Shown: positions 33,204 through 42,607 of the stretch, in pieces
How the letters are laid out: every line of letters starts with the position of its first letter
Position numbering within the stretch: the first letter of the stretch is position 1
Source: Acidobacteriota bacterium
Lineage (GTDB): Bacteria; Acidobacteriota; Vicinamibacteria; Vicinamibacterales; 2-12-FULL-66-21
Length of the DNA stretch: 64,000 nucleotides
Direction: 5' to 3'
Assembly (NCBI GenBank): GCA_046735335.1
Contig: JBKPTE010000060.1
Span: 1,125-65,124 of the forward strand
Position numbers and translations under genes: made by a program
The notes under the pieces: generated by a model
What the model was told of the DNA's origin: nothing
What the model saw: the letters and a program-made list of their open reading frames with translations, nothing else
Database searches by the model: none

Positions 33204-35354
33204 ATGAGGATGCTCGACGGCACCGTAGAACCTGCACGGACAGCGAAAGCGGCCGACGACGGGCGTAAGCGACGCCGCGCCCGCGCCTGGCTGTACTCCG
33301 CCGCGATCGCCACCACAGCAGGAGCAGCAGGAGCGCTGCTCTGGTGGACCTCGAGGCCCGCTCGGCCCCGTCCTCTCGACGCGAACTGGGCAGCGACCGC
33401 GACCGTTCTCGCGGGCGACGGCCGGCTCGGCCTGAAGGATGGGCCCGTAGGCGATGCCCGCTTCTCCGATCCGTTTGGCGTCGCCGTCGGACCCGACGGC
33501 ACCGTGTATGTCAGCGATGCCGGTGATGCGCCGGCGATTCGCGCCATCTCACGAAACGGGATCGTCCGTACCGTCGCCGGCAGCACGCGCGGCTTCGCCG
33601 ATGGCGACGGCACCGCCGCGCGCTTCGACACGCCGTCGGGGCTGGCCATCGACTCCCACGGAACGCTGTTCGTGGCCGACACGGGAAACAACGCGATCCG
33701 GCGAATCGATCCGAACGGGGAAGTCACCACAATCGCGGGCGATACGGTACGCGGGTACCGCGACGGACCAGGGCCAACCGCGCGATTCGACGCGCCGGTG
33801 GGAATTGCGATCGGCCGCGACGGACAGATCGTCGTCGCCGACACGTACAACGATCGGATCCGCGTCATCGACGCCAGCGGCGTGGTCCGGACGCTCGCCG
33901 GCGGTGAACCCGGCTTCGCCGACGGTCCCGGCGAGAACGCCAGGTTCCAGACGCCGTGCGCCGTCGCGGTGGATGCGTCCGGGAACATCCACGTGGCGGA
34001 CACCGGCAACGGGACCTTGCGCGTGCTCGATGGGACAGGTCGCGTCACGACGACCGCGATCGAGGAAGCGGCGATCGCCCCGGTTGGCATCGCCGTCGCT
34101 CCGGATGGCAGCCGCTACGTCACGGACGAGCGCGGTCGCGTGTTCGAGCTGTCGGCCGTCGGCGTGTTGCGCGTGCTTGCGGGATCGACGTCAGGCTTCA
34201 GGGACGGCGACGGCAGCGCCGCGCAGTTTCGCAGCCCTGCCGGAGTGGCAATCGCGGCGCCCGGCCGGCTGATCGTGGCGGACGCGGGCAACGCGCTCGT
34301 CAGAGAGATCGCCGCGCGCGATCGTGTGGAATTCCGGCCGCCCGTGTCGCCGTCGATCGCGCCGCGCTTCGACGCCGAGCGCTTCGCGCTGACGCCCCTC
34401 CTCTGGCCGATCGCGCCGATGGAAGGACCGTTCGAGGTGGCGGGCACGAGCGGAGAAGCGCGCGGCACGGAGGGGGCCGAGCGGTTTCACGCCGGGATCG
34501 ACGTGCACGCGACCGAGGGCACGCTCGTCGCGGCCGTTCGCGACGGCGTGGTCGCGAGCGCAATCGCAGCGAATGGGTTCGCCACGCTGACGGAATCCGT
34601 CCGCATCGGGCCGGTCGCGTACGTTCACATCCGCGTCGGGCGAACGAAATCGGGCGAGCCGTTTCGGGACGACCGCTTCGCGCCCGTGTACGACGCTGCC
34701 CACACGCTCGTCGCGATGCGCGTGAAGCGCGGCGCACGCTTCACGGCAGGCGAAGCCGTCGGCAGCGTCAACAACTTCAACCACGTGCACCTGAACGTCG
34801 GCTGGCCCGGAGAGGAACTGAACCCGCTCGCCTTCAGGCTCGTGCGCTTCGAGGATCACGTCCCGCCGACGATCGCCGGGATCCGTCTGCTCGACGAAGA
34901 GGGTCGGCCCATTACCGAGCGCAAGCGGCGCCGGCTCGTCGTCCGCGGGCGGGTGCAGATCGTCGTCGATGCCTGGGACACCGCGGACGGCAACAAGCCG
35001 GGACGTCGATTGGGCGTGTACGAGCTCGGCTACCAGGTCGTCGGAACAGGAGGAAGGCCGGTGGGCGGCTTCGAGGAGCCGCGGGAGACGCTGCGCTTCG
35101 ATCGGATTGTCGCCGATCCGGCGACGGTCCGGACCGTGTATGCGCCCGGCAGCGGGATTCCGTTCTACGGCCAGCGCCGCACGCGATTCCTGTACATCGT
35201 GTCGAACACGTTCCGCGACGGCGTCGCGGCGCCCGGCACTTGGGATACGAGCGCGCTCGCGCCCGGCGACTACGTCCTGCGCGTCCGGGCCGCCGACATC
35301 AACGGAAACGTCGCGACGAAGAACCGCGATCTGCCGGTGACCATCGCGCGATAG
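33204..35354 (+). CDS. membrane-anchored NHL-repeat protein with C-terminal M23-peptidase-like domain
   Basis: Basic N-terminus plus TM (AWLYSAAIATTAGAAGALLWW). Repeated NHL units (F..P.GVAV.PDGTVYVSD.GN..IR.I). M23 metal motifs FHAGIDVHA (HxxxD) and NHVHLNV (HxH). Confidence 0.8.
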   Translation: MRMLDGTVEPARTAKAADDGRKRRRARAWLYSAAIATTAGAAGALLWWTSRPARPRPLDANWAATATVLAGDGRLGLKDGPVGDARFSDPFGVAVGPDGTVYVSDAGDAPAIRAISRNGIVRTVAGSTRGFADGDGTAARFDTPSGLAIDSHGTLFVADTGNNAIRRIDPNGEVTTIAGDTVRGYRDGPGPTARFDAPVGIAIGRDGQIVVADTYNDRIRVIDASGVVRTLAGGEPGFADGPGENARFQTPCAVAVDASGNIHVADTGNGTLRVLDGTGRVTTTAIEEAAIAPVGIAVAPDGSRYVTDERGRVFELSAVGVLRVLAGSTSGFRDGDGSAAQFRSPAGVAIAAPGRLIVADAGNALVREIAARDRVEFRPPVSPSIAPRFDAERFALTPLLWPIAPMEGPFEVAGTSGEARGTEGAERFHAGIDVHATEGTLVAAVRDGVVASAIAANGFATLTESVRIGPVAYVHIRVGRTKSGEPFRDDRFAPVYDAAHTLVAMRVKRGARFTAGEAVGSVNNFNHVHLNVGWPGEELNPLAFRLVRFEDHVPPTIAGIRLLDEEGRPITERKRRRLVVRGRVQIVVDAWDTADGNKPGRRLGVYELGYQVVGTGGRPVGGFEEPRETLRFDRIVADPATVRTVYAPGSGIPFYGQRRTRFLYIVSNTFRDGVAAPGTWDTSALAPGDYVLRVRAADINGNVATKNRDLPVTIAR

Positions 35355-35388
35355 TGGCAGGCAGTGGCTGGCACCTGATTACCACCGA

Positions 35389-37095
35389 TCACCAGCGCCG
35401 GCGAGATCGTCGGCCAGAGCGCCTCCTGAAGGGCAAGGCGTCGTCGTCGCGAAGCGCGGCGAGCGACGCAATTCGCAGCGGCCGGCGCATCCGGAAATCC
35501 TTGATGCGCCCGCGCATCACCTCCCTGCCCTGGTCCGTCAGGCTCAGCGTGCGGTACTTGTCGGTGGAGACCGCGATCAACCCGGCCGAGATTGCGGCGG
35601 TGATCCAGCCGTGCAGGGTATCGGCGGTTTCGTGCCGGAGGAGACCGGTCGTCGAGAGCGCCGTGAGCGGCGCCGCCAGATCGGTCGTATCGCCCCGCAG
35701 CATTGCGATGATGCGCTGGCGCCCGTAGCGTTCTCCACCGCGGGCGATGCCCGAGAGGATCTTGCGCACGAACTCGCGCTCGTAGGCGTCGATGACGTCC
35801 GGCCGGCAATTGCCGCAGGCGTCGCACGGTTCGCGCGCCGCCGGGTCGCCGAAGTAGCGAAGAATCGTCGCCCGCAGGCACGCGGACGTGTCGGCGTAAT
35901 CGATCATCCGCTGCAGCTTGCGGTGCTCCAGCTCCTTCCGGCGCGCGGCTTCTTCCGGATCGACCGCCGCCGTCTGGCGGCCGGGCTTCTCCCGCCGAGG
36001 GCTGTCGATCAGGAACTGACGCGTGAGCACGTCTGCATAGTCCCAGAGGAGCGTCGCCGTCGCGGGGCGCCCGTCGCGTCCGGCACGTCCGATCTCCTGG
36101 TAGTAGGCCTCCACGGATCCCGGGATTGCATAGTGCACCACGGCGTCGACGTCCGGACGATCGATCCCCATGCCGAACGCGTTCGTTGCGCACACGACGG
36201 AAAGTGACCCCGCCGCGAAGGCGTCCTGCACGCGCGTGCGCTCCTCGTCCTTCATGCCCGCGTGATACGCGGCGGATTGCACACCGGCGCCCTGCAGGTG
36301 CGCAGCGGCGCCTTCGGTGCTCTTCCTGGTGGCCGCATAGACGAGCGCGCGCCGGCCGCGCACGAGGCCGGGAAGCCGATCGTTCTTGTCGTCCTCGCCG
36401 TCCACCTGCTCGACCCGCAGATGGATGTTCGGACGATCGAAGCCCGCGACGAGGACTTGCGGCTCGGTCAGCCCCAGGAGCGCGACGATGTCGTCGCGGA
36501 CTTCGGGCGTGGCGGTCGCGGTGAAGGCCGCCATTGGAGGGCGGCCGGTCGGGCGGTCGCTCGTATGGCAGCTCGCCGCGGCCGCTCGGAGGCGCCGGTA
36601 ATCCGGCCGGAAATCGTGTCCCCACTCGGACACGCAATGCGCTTCGTCCACCACGAACCGGGCCACCGGTATCCTGCCGAGCAGCTCGACGAACCGGTCC
36701 GACGCGAAGCGCTCCGGCGCGACATAGAGAAGCCGCAGGCGCCCTGCCTGCGCCGCGCGAAGCACGCCGGCACGAGCGTCAGCCGCCAGCATCGAGTGAA
36801 TCGCTCCGGATGCAATGCCGCGGCGATTCAACTCGTCGACCTGATCCTTCATCAACGAGATCAGCGGAGACACGACGAGCGTCGTCCCGGGCAGCATCAC
36901 CGCGGGCAGCTGGTAGCCGAGCGACTTTCCGGAGCCGGTCGGCATCACCGCAAGGACGTCGCGACCTCCGAGGACGGCCTCCACGATTTGTTCCTGCCCT
37001 TCGCGGAATTCCGTGTGCCCGAAGTGCGCCCGCAGCTCCGCCAGCGCGTCACTGCCCCGCGTTTCCACTACGCCCATGCCTGACGACGATCGCAT
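35389..37095 (-). CDS. recQ: ATP-dependent DNA helicase RecQ family
   Basis: FGHTEFREGQEQIVEAVLGGRDVLAVMPTGSGKSLGYQLPA (motifs 0 and I), DEAHCVSEWGHDFRPDY (DEAH), the Zn-binding CDACGNC and a winged-helix region. No HRDC domain is evident. An alternative start is at 37077. Confidence 0.9.
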   Translation of the reverse strand: MRSSSGMGVVETRGSDALAELRAHFGHTEFREGQEQIVEAVLGGRDVLAVMPTGSGKSLGYQLPAVMLPGTTLVVSPLISLMKDQVDELNRRGIASGAIHSMLAADARAGVLRAAQAGRLRLLYVAPERFASDRFVELLGRIPVARFVVDEAHCVSEWGHDFRPDYRRLRAAAASCHTSDRPTGRPPMAAFTATATPEVRDDIVALLGLTEPQVLVAGFDRPNIHLRVEQVDGEDDKNDRLPGLVRGRRALVYAATRKSTEGAAAHLQGAGVQSAAYHAGMKDEERTRVQDAFAAGSLSVVCATNAFGMGIDRPDVDAVVHYAIPGSVEAYYQEIGRAGRDGRPATATLLWDYADVLTRQFLIDSPRREKPGRQTAAVDPEEAARRKELEHRKLQRMIDYADTSACLRATILRYFGDPAAREPCDACGNCRPDVIDAYEREFVRKILSGIARGGERYGRQRIIAMLRGDTTDLAAPLTALSTTGLLRHETADTLHGWITAAISAGLIAVSTDKYRTLSLTDQGREVMRGRIKDFRMRRPLRIASLAALRDDDALPFRRRSGRRSRRRW

Positions 37096-37115
37096 CGTCG
37101 GTGTGGAACGTCAAT

Positions 37116-38411
37116 ATGGCAGTTTCTGCAACAATAGCGGCATTGATCGGCGCAGATCCCCATCCGCCCCTCGCGAGCGTCCCCGGTGCCACCGGACGCT
37201 GGTGGCTCGTTGCGCTCCTCACCAGCGGGATGACCTTCTGCTACGCGCAACGCGGCACGCTGTCCGTCGCGGCACCGTTCATGATGCGCGAGCTCGGCAT
37301 CAACACCGAGACGATGGGGCTCATGCTGTCGGCGTTCTCCTGGTTCTATTGCTTCATGCAGGTGCCGTCCGGCTGGGTCGTGGACCGTTTCGGCGTGGGT
37401 CGCGCGTACGCAGCGGGCTTCGGGCTGTGGTCGATTGCGTGTGCATTGACGGGCGCGTTTCGAAGCATCGTGGCCATCGTGTTCTTCCGAGTCACGATGG
37501 GCGTGGGCCAATCCGTCGCGTTTCCGGCGAGCGCCCGGACCGTCGCGACCTGGTTTCCGGACAATGAGCGCGGCCTCGTCAACTCGAGCTACTTGATCGG
37601 CGTCCGCTTCGGACAGGCGTTGATCAATGCCGTGGGCGTCGGGCTGATTGCGGCCTACGGCTGGCGCATGTTCTTTCTCGTCAGCGGGCTTGCACCGATG
37701 TTGTGGATCCTCCCATGGACGATCGTGCTGCGCCGTTGGGAATCTCCTGATTCGCCGGCGGCTTCTTCGCCATCCTCCGACCGGTTTACGTTTGCATCGA
37801 CGTTCGGCCTGCTGCGGCATCCAACCGTGCTGGGAACGGCACTCGGGTTCTTCGCATTCGATTACGTCTGGTTCGTCTTCGTGTACTGGCTGCCCGGTTA
37901 TCTCCGGCTCGAACGGCACTTCACGCCCGCGCAGATGGCGTTTCACGCATCGGTCCCGTTCCTCGTCATGTCGGTCGTGATCGTGCTCTCGGGGATCGCC
38001 AGCGATCGCCTGATTGCATCGGGCTTTCGAGAAGTGCGCGTGCGTAAGGCCTTCATCGCGACAGGCTTCGGAATCGCGCTGGCGATCGTGCCGGCCGGAC
38101 TGGTCCATGACAACGCCACGTCGTTGTGGTTGCTGTCGACCTCGCTATGCGGCCTCGGACTGGCGGTACCGAATACGTGGAGCCTCACGCAGGCGTGCTG
38201 CACGAAACGCGTGGTGGGCACGGTGTCGGGCATTCAGAACTTCGGCGGCAACGTCGGCGGTATCATCGCGCCGTGGCTGACCGGCGCGATCGCGTACCGG
38301 ACGGGCTCGTTCGCTGCAGCGTTCGTTCTCTGCGGCTTCCTCCTTGTCGGGGGCGCGCTCGCCTATTGGCTGCTCATGAACGACATCGTCGACTCTCCTG
38401 AGAACGCGTGA
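37116..38411 (+). CDS. MFS transporter (anion:cation symporter-like)
   Basis: 12-TM hydrophobic pattern. VPSGWVVDRFGVGRAY (MFS loop 2-3 motif). ATG at 37116. The upstream part of the track ORF is antisense to recQ. Confidence 0.85.
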   Translation: MAVSATIAALIGADPHPPLASVPGATGRWWLVALLTSGMTFCYAQRGTLSVAAPFMMRELGINTETMGLMLSAFSWFYCFMQVPSGWVVDRFGVGRAYAAGFGLWSIACALTGAFRSIVAIVFFRVTMGVGQSVAFPASARTVATWFPDNERGLVNSSYLIGVRFGQALINAVGVGLIAAYGWRMFFLVSGLAPMLWILPWTIVLRRWESPDSPAASSPSSDRFTFASTFGLLRHPTVLGTALGFFAFDYVWFVFVYWLPGYLRLERHFTPAQMAFHASVPFLVMSVVIVLSGIASDRLIASGFREVRVRKAFIATGFGIALAIVPAGLVHDNATSLWLLSTSLCGLGLAVPNTWSLTQACCTKRVVGTVSGIQNFGGNVGGIIAPWLTGAIAYRTGSFAAAFVLCGFLLVGGALAYWLLMNDIVDSPENA

Positions 38412-39667
38412 TGTTTCCCTCGCGCCTGTTGCTCGTGCGTCAACACTTCCCGGATCGCCGCCTCGCGGACGTTCGAGCGGAGGCACGGCGCCAGCTCGAA
38501 GGCAGCGGCTTTGTGTCTCGCCTCCAACCCGGCGCTCGTGTGGCGATTGGGATTGGCAGCCGCGGCATTGCCAACATCGACGCGATCGCCGGCGCCGCCG
38601 TTCAGTACTGGCGCGATCACGGGATGGCGCCCTTCATCTTTCCCGCGATGGGAAGCCACGGCGCCGCGACACCGGAAGGACAGGCAGAAGTGCTCGCGCG
38701 TTTCGGCATCACGAGCGAATCGGTCGGGTGCCCTGTCATCAGCCAGCCGGAGGTCGTCTCGCTCGGAAGGACCGACGATGGGATCGAGGTCTTCATGGAT
38801 GCCGCCGCGCACGCGTCGGACGGGGTGATGATCATCGCGCGCGTGAAGTGGCACACGAGCTTCGAGGGACGGCTGGAAAGCGGCCTCATGAAGATGATGG
38901 CCATCGGCATCGGGAAGTTCGCCGGCGCGCAGCGGTATCACACGCATGCTCGGACGCTCGGGCTCGAGCACGTCATCCGCACGGCGGGACGGCGGGTGCT
39001 GCAGACCCAGAAGATGATTGGCGGCCTGGCCATCGTCGAGGACGCGCAGCACAACACGGCGAAGCTCGACGCGGTCCCTCACGAGTGCATGGAACACCGG
39101 GATGAAGAGAACCTCGCGCTCGCGAAATCCTGGATGCCAGCGCTGCCCTGCGATCTCGACGTGCTCGTCGTCGATCGGATCGGCAAGAACATCAGCGGCA
39201 CGGGCATGGACGCCAAGGTCGTCAACCGCGGGCCCATCGGGGAATACAACCCGTGGACCGGCGTCCCATCCGTCGAGCGGCTGTTCGTTCGCGCGCTCGA
39301 TCCGCTGACGCACGGCAACGCGCTCGGGATCGGGATGGCGGACGTCACGACGGATCGGCTCGTCGAGGCGATCGATTGGGACGCGACGCGGATAAACGCG
39401 CTCAGCTCCCGGACGCCGTCACGGGTTCGCGTGCCCGCGCACTTCCCCGCCGATCGCGAGTGTCTGGCGTGGATAGGGCCCACCGCCGGCAGGATCAATC
39501 CGGCCGACGTAACTTACGGCTGGATCCGAAACACCCTGGAGCTCGAACACGTCGCCGTCAGCGGCAACCTGCGCACCGAGATCGAGAGGAAGCCGCAGCT
39601 CCAGATCGAACGCGAAATCGATGTGCTGTGGGACGGCCACGGCAACCTCGTGAGCCCGTTCGAATGA
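38408..39667 (+). CDS. LarA-N-like (DUF2088-type) domain protein, function unknown
   Basis: 419 aa. The layout GARVAIGIGSRGIANI...FPAMGSHGAATPEGQ...IIARVKWHTSFEGRLESGLMKM loosely parallels the remembered lactate racemase N-domain segments. Overlaps the MFS stop by 4 nt. The family call is tentative. Confidence 0.45.
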   Translation: MMFPSRLLLVRQHFPDRRLADVRAEARRQLEGSGFVSRLQPGARVAIGIGSRGIANIDAIAGAAVQYWRDHGMAPFIFPAMGSHGAATPEGQAEVLARFGITSESVGCPVISQPEVVSLGRTDDGIEVFMDAAAHASDGVMIIARVKWHTSFEGRLESGLMKMMAIGIGKFAGAQRYHTHARTLGLEHVIRTAGRRVLQTQKMIGGLAIVEDAQHNTAKLDAVPHECMEHRDEENLALAKSWMPALPCDLDVLVVDRIGKNISGTGMDAKVVNRGPIGEYNPWTGVPSVERLFVRALDPLTHGNALGIGMADVTTDRLVEAIDWDATRINALSSRTPSRVRVPAHFPADRECLAWIGPTAGRINPADVTYGWIRNTLELEHVAVSGNLRTEIERKPQLQIEREIDVLWDGHGNLVSPFE

Positions 39668-39703
39668 TCGCCGGTGGATCGTCGGCTCAGCGATCACCCA
39701 TCG

Positions 39704-40030
39704 CTACAGCCGCCGCAGCTCCTCCACGCCGCATGTGAGGCGCGGCCGCTCGGGATCACTGAGATCCAGTTGATCCCAGCGGGCGACGTAGCCGCCGCCC
39801 GCGCGTCCGACGACCAATTTGAGACCCACGCCAAGCCGCTCGAGCAGTCCCGCCGCGCCAATCACGTATTCGACGACGACCCAGTCGCGCCCCCGCTTCT
39901 CCGTGCGGAACTCTTCCAGCCGTCCCATGGGCTGATTGTTGCGCGCCAGCACCTGGCGTCCGAGGATGCGCCCCACGCGCAGCTCGCCGTGGTTCGACTC
40001 GCGTCCGGTGTTCACGTCTTCGGACTTCAT
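39704..40030 (-). CDS. PRC-barrel domain protein
   Basis: GRILGRQVLARNNQPMGRLEEFRTEKRGRDWVVVEYVIG is typical PRC-barrel. The start at 40030 gives a 4-nt overlap with the upstream gene. The track start at 40069 would overlap by 43 nt. Confidence 0.65.
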   Translation of the reverse strand: MKSEDVNTGRESNHGELRVGRILGRQVLARNNQPMGRLEEFRTEKRGRDWVVVEYVIGAAGLLERLGVGLKLVVGRAGGGYVARWDQLDLSDPERPRLTCGVEELRRL

Positions 40031-40383
40031 GACGAGAACGGCAAGGACCCCACCCAGCGCCGCAGCCATCTTTCGAGGGTTGCCGCGGAGGTCTCGCCGA
40101 ACGCACGATCCACTTTGATGTGATCCGTGACGTCGAGCACGTCGCGATACGCGATGCGAAGCGGCCGCCCTTCGTCGATGCCCACCGCGTGTTCGAGGCC
40201 GGCGATCCAGCGCCCGAGGAGCGGGTGGACGCGGTGGCCGAGAACGGCAGGCCCCACCTCGATCGCGCTCACGCGCGGCGGATGTCCATCCGCAACGTGC
40301 AGGAGGAGGCCGTCGACGCGGCCCATCTCGCGGCCGTGCCGATCGACGACCAGCTTGTCGAGAACGTCACGAATCAAATCCAT
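40027..40383 (-). CDS. PRC-barrel domain protein
   Basis: VLDKLVVDRHGREMGRVDGLLLHVADGHPPRVSAIEVG is typical PRC-barrel. Directly abuts the Nramp-like stop. Confidence 0.65.
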   Translation of the reverse strand: MDLIRDVLDKLVVDRHGREMGRVDGLLLHVADGHPPRVSAIEVGPAVLGHRVHPLLGRWIAGLEHAVGIDEGRPLRIAYRDVLDVTDHIKVDRAFGETSAATLERWLRRWVGSLPFSS

Positions 40384-41598
40384 TCAGCCTCCCAGCAGTT
40401 CCAGCGGAATGACCACGATTGCGAGCAGTGCGCCCAGAAGGGTGAGCACCGCGAGAAAGGCGTTGCCGATCGGACCGCTCGTGTGCTCCTTCACGTACTT
40501 GTCGTCGTTCATCAGCGCGAGGAACGGCAGCACGACGAATGGCATCACCACGACCGTGAGCGCAACCGACAGCATCGTCAAGCGCAGCGGATCGAATCCG
40601 ATCAGGCCGATGAGGAGCGCGATAGCGAGCACGGCGCTGAATGCGCACGTGAACCGCGCCGCGTCGCGCCGCGGCCGGTTCGCTCCCCAGGACCAGCCGA
40701 AGGCCTGCGCGAACGTGTAAGCGGCGTTCAGGGCGATTTCGACGGCCGCGCCGAAGCAGCCGATGCCCAGCGACACGGCGAACAGCGTGATGGCCCATCG
40801 CCCGAATACCGGGACGTACATGAGCGCGGCCTGTTCGTACGAGTCGACGAGGATGTGCTTTGGGCCGAGCACCACGGCGCTCGTCACGAGAACGCTCATC
40901 GACACGACGCCGCCGAAGCACATGCCAAGGTACGCCGTCGTGCGGTTCACCCACAGCTCGCCCTCGGTGAGCTTCTCTTCGACCGTGCCTGACGAATAGA
41001 AGTTGAGCAGGTACGGGCTGACCGTCGCGCCGAGGATGCTCACGGCAAGGAAGGCATAGCGCGTGTGGTGATGGGATGGCAGCGTCGGAATCAAGGACGA
41101 TGCCAGATCGGGCACGTGCGGGTGAAGCGCCCATGCGGAGCCCACGAACGAGAGCGTGACGAGCCCGAGAATGCCGAGGCCGTACTCGATGACCCCGAAT
41201 CCGCACAGCCAGAGCACCATCCACGCGAGGACGGCGATCGGCAGGATCCACCACTCGAAACCAATGCCGGTGAGCAGCTTCACCGCGATGGCCGCGCCCC
41301 CGATCTCGGCGGTCAGCAGCAGCAGATCAATCCCCAGTTCGGCGGTCAAGGGAACCAGGTGAAAGTGAATGCCGAATCGTTCGCGCACGGCGGCTGCGAG
41401 GGGTCGTTTGCTCACCGCCGCGAGCCTGCCCGACATCTCCACGAGCATGGCCACCATCACCGTGGCGGCGGCAATGGCCCACAGCAACTGGAAACCGAAC
41501 TCCGATCCCGCCTGCGCGGCGGTCGAAATCGACCCGACCTCGACGAAGCCGCCGATGCTCGTCACGATGCCGAGGATCAGATCGACGATGCCGCTCAT
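40384..41598 (-). CDS. Nramp-fold transporter with non-canonical metal-site residues
   Basis: 404 aa, about 11 TM. TM1 reads EVGSISTAAQAGSEFGFQLLW where canonical Nramps have DPGNxxTxxxAGAxxGYxLLW. TM6 reads GATVSPYLLNFYSS where canonical is GAxxMPHxxYLHSx. Confidence 0.8.
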   Translation of the reverse strand: MSGIVDLILGIVTSIGGFVEVGSISTAAQAGSEFGFQLLWAIAAATVMVAMLVEMSGRLAAVSKRPLAAAVRERFGIHFHLVPLTAELGIDLLLLTAEIGGAAIAVKLLTGIGFEWWILPIAVLAWMVLWLCGFGVIEYGLGILGLVTLSFVGSAWALHPHVPDLASSLIPTLPSHHHTRYAFLAVSILGATVSPYLLNFYSSGTVEEKLTEGELWVNRTTAYLGMCFGGVVSMSVLVTSAVVLGPKHILVDSYEQAALMYVPVFGRWAITLFAVSLGIGCFGAAVEIALNAAYTFAQAFGWSWGANRPRRDAARFTCAFSAVLAIALLIGLIGFDPLRLTMLSVALTVVVMPFVVLPFLALMNDDKYVKEHTSGPIGNAFLAVLTLLGALLAIVVIPLELLGG

Positions 41599-41993
41599 GC
41601 CGGAGGCCGGATGGGAATGCGAGCCTCCTCCTGACGGACGCCGGCGGCGTCCGCCGCCCGTACGTCCTCGCGCATTTCAGCGATCAGACGGGAAAGCGAC
41701 TCCGCCGCCTGCGACAGTTGCGCGCCGCGGGGATCGAGCAGCGCGTCAGGCGACGAGGCGAGCGCCGCGCGCTGCTGCTCGACGAGGAGGAAGGTCTGTT
41801 CGAGCGCGGTCAGCGCGTACGTGCCGGAGGTGCTGCCTGCCAGCCAGCTGTCGGCGATCGCGGCGGTGGTCGCACCAAGGGACTCGAACTTCTCGCGGTG
41901 CTGCTGGAGACGCGTGTCCTGCCGGCTGCAGCCTGACGACAGGAGTGCGATGGCTACGCACAGCCGCGCACCGAGCCGGAACTGCCGAGACAC
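41595..41993 (-). CDS. hypothetical lipoprotein
   Basis: Lipobox LLSSGC after a signal peptide. Predicted helical. The stop overlaps the Nramp-like start by 4 nt. Confidence 0.6.
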   Translation of the reverse strand: MSRQFRLGARLCVAIALLSSGCSRQDTRLQQHREKFESLGATTAAIADSWLAGSTSGTYALTALEQTFLLVEQQRAALASSPDALLDPRGAQLSQAAESLSRLIAEMREDVRAADAAGVRQEEARIPIRPPA

Positions 41994-42029
41994 GCAGCCA
42001 TCGAAGCAATCCGATTGCCAGAATACCGC

Positions 42030-42548
42030 TCAGGCGGTTGGCGGCGCGAACGGGTTCTCGTCCGCGCTGCGCCCGTATACGACCGGCACGGGTACGCCAA
42101 GCAGGCGCAGATACACCACGAGCTCTCCGCGGTGATGGTACCAATGGTTGAAGCCCATCGTCCGCATCACGCCGACGCGCGGGAGCGCAAAGATCTCTCG
42201 CGTTCCGTACGTCAGGCGCCAGATGTCCGCCGCGGCCGACTCGTCCATCGTGTTCAGCGCCTCGCGCGCGGCAGCCACCGACTCGTCCATGGTCGCGAGC
42301 AGTGCGGCCCGCCCCTCGCTCGTCGGGTAGTTGAATCCACGCGTCGAGATGTCGAACCCATCGAGCTTGACGAGGCGTGCGGCGTTCCCGGGGATGGTCG
42401 CGATGTGCTGCGCGAGCTGACCGGCCGTCAACGACTTCGCATGCGGCTGCCAATCGAAGCGATCTGCCGGAAGGCGCTCCAGGACGCGACGCGTGATCGG
42501 GGCTTCGGCGTCGAGCTCCGCGAGCAGGGCGTGGGCGGCGGGCAGCAT
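42030..42548 (-). CDS. DinB-family protein
   Basis: 172 aa four-helix pattern with His residues at QLAQHIATIPGN and NHWYHHRGEL, as in DinB/DinB_2. Confidence 0.8.
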   Translation of the reverse strand: MLPAAHALLAELDAEAPITRRVLERLPADRFDWQPHAKSLTAGQLAQHIATIPGNAARLVKLDGFDISTRGFNYPTSEGRAALLATMDESVAAAREALNTMDESAAADIWRLTYGTREIFALPRVGVMRTMGFNHWYHHRGELVVYLRLLGVPVPVVYGRSADENPFAPPTA

Positions 42549-42568
42549 GGTCTTCTCCTGTCGTTGTC

Positions 42569-42585
42569 ACTTGCGTTTTGCAAGT
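42569..42585. promoter_or_regulatory. inverted repeat ACTTGC-N5-GCAAGT (operator candidate 1)
   Basis: Read directly: acttgc gtttt gcaagt. Lies in the DinB/HxlR divergent intergenic region. Confidence 0.55.
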
Positions 42586-42607
42586 TCAGCGGACTGTATC
42601 GCACTCG

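Noticed and set aside
35389-37095. RecQ helicase as a marker of a mobile or defence island
   Set aside because: No integrase, transposase, tRNA target, direct repeats or nuclease partners flank it. The motifs are those of ordinary RecQ.
36534-37115. Upstream 194 codons of the 625-aa ORF containing the MFS transporter
   Set aside because: It is antisense to recQ and Arg/Pro-rich. The transporter's hydrophobic pattern begins right after the ATG at 37116.
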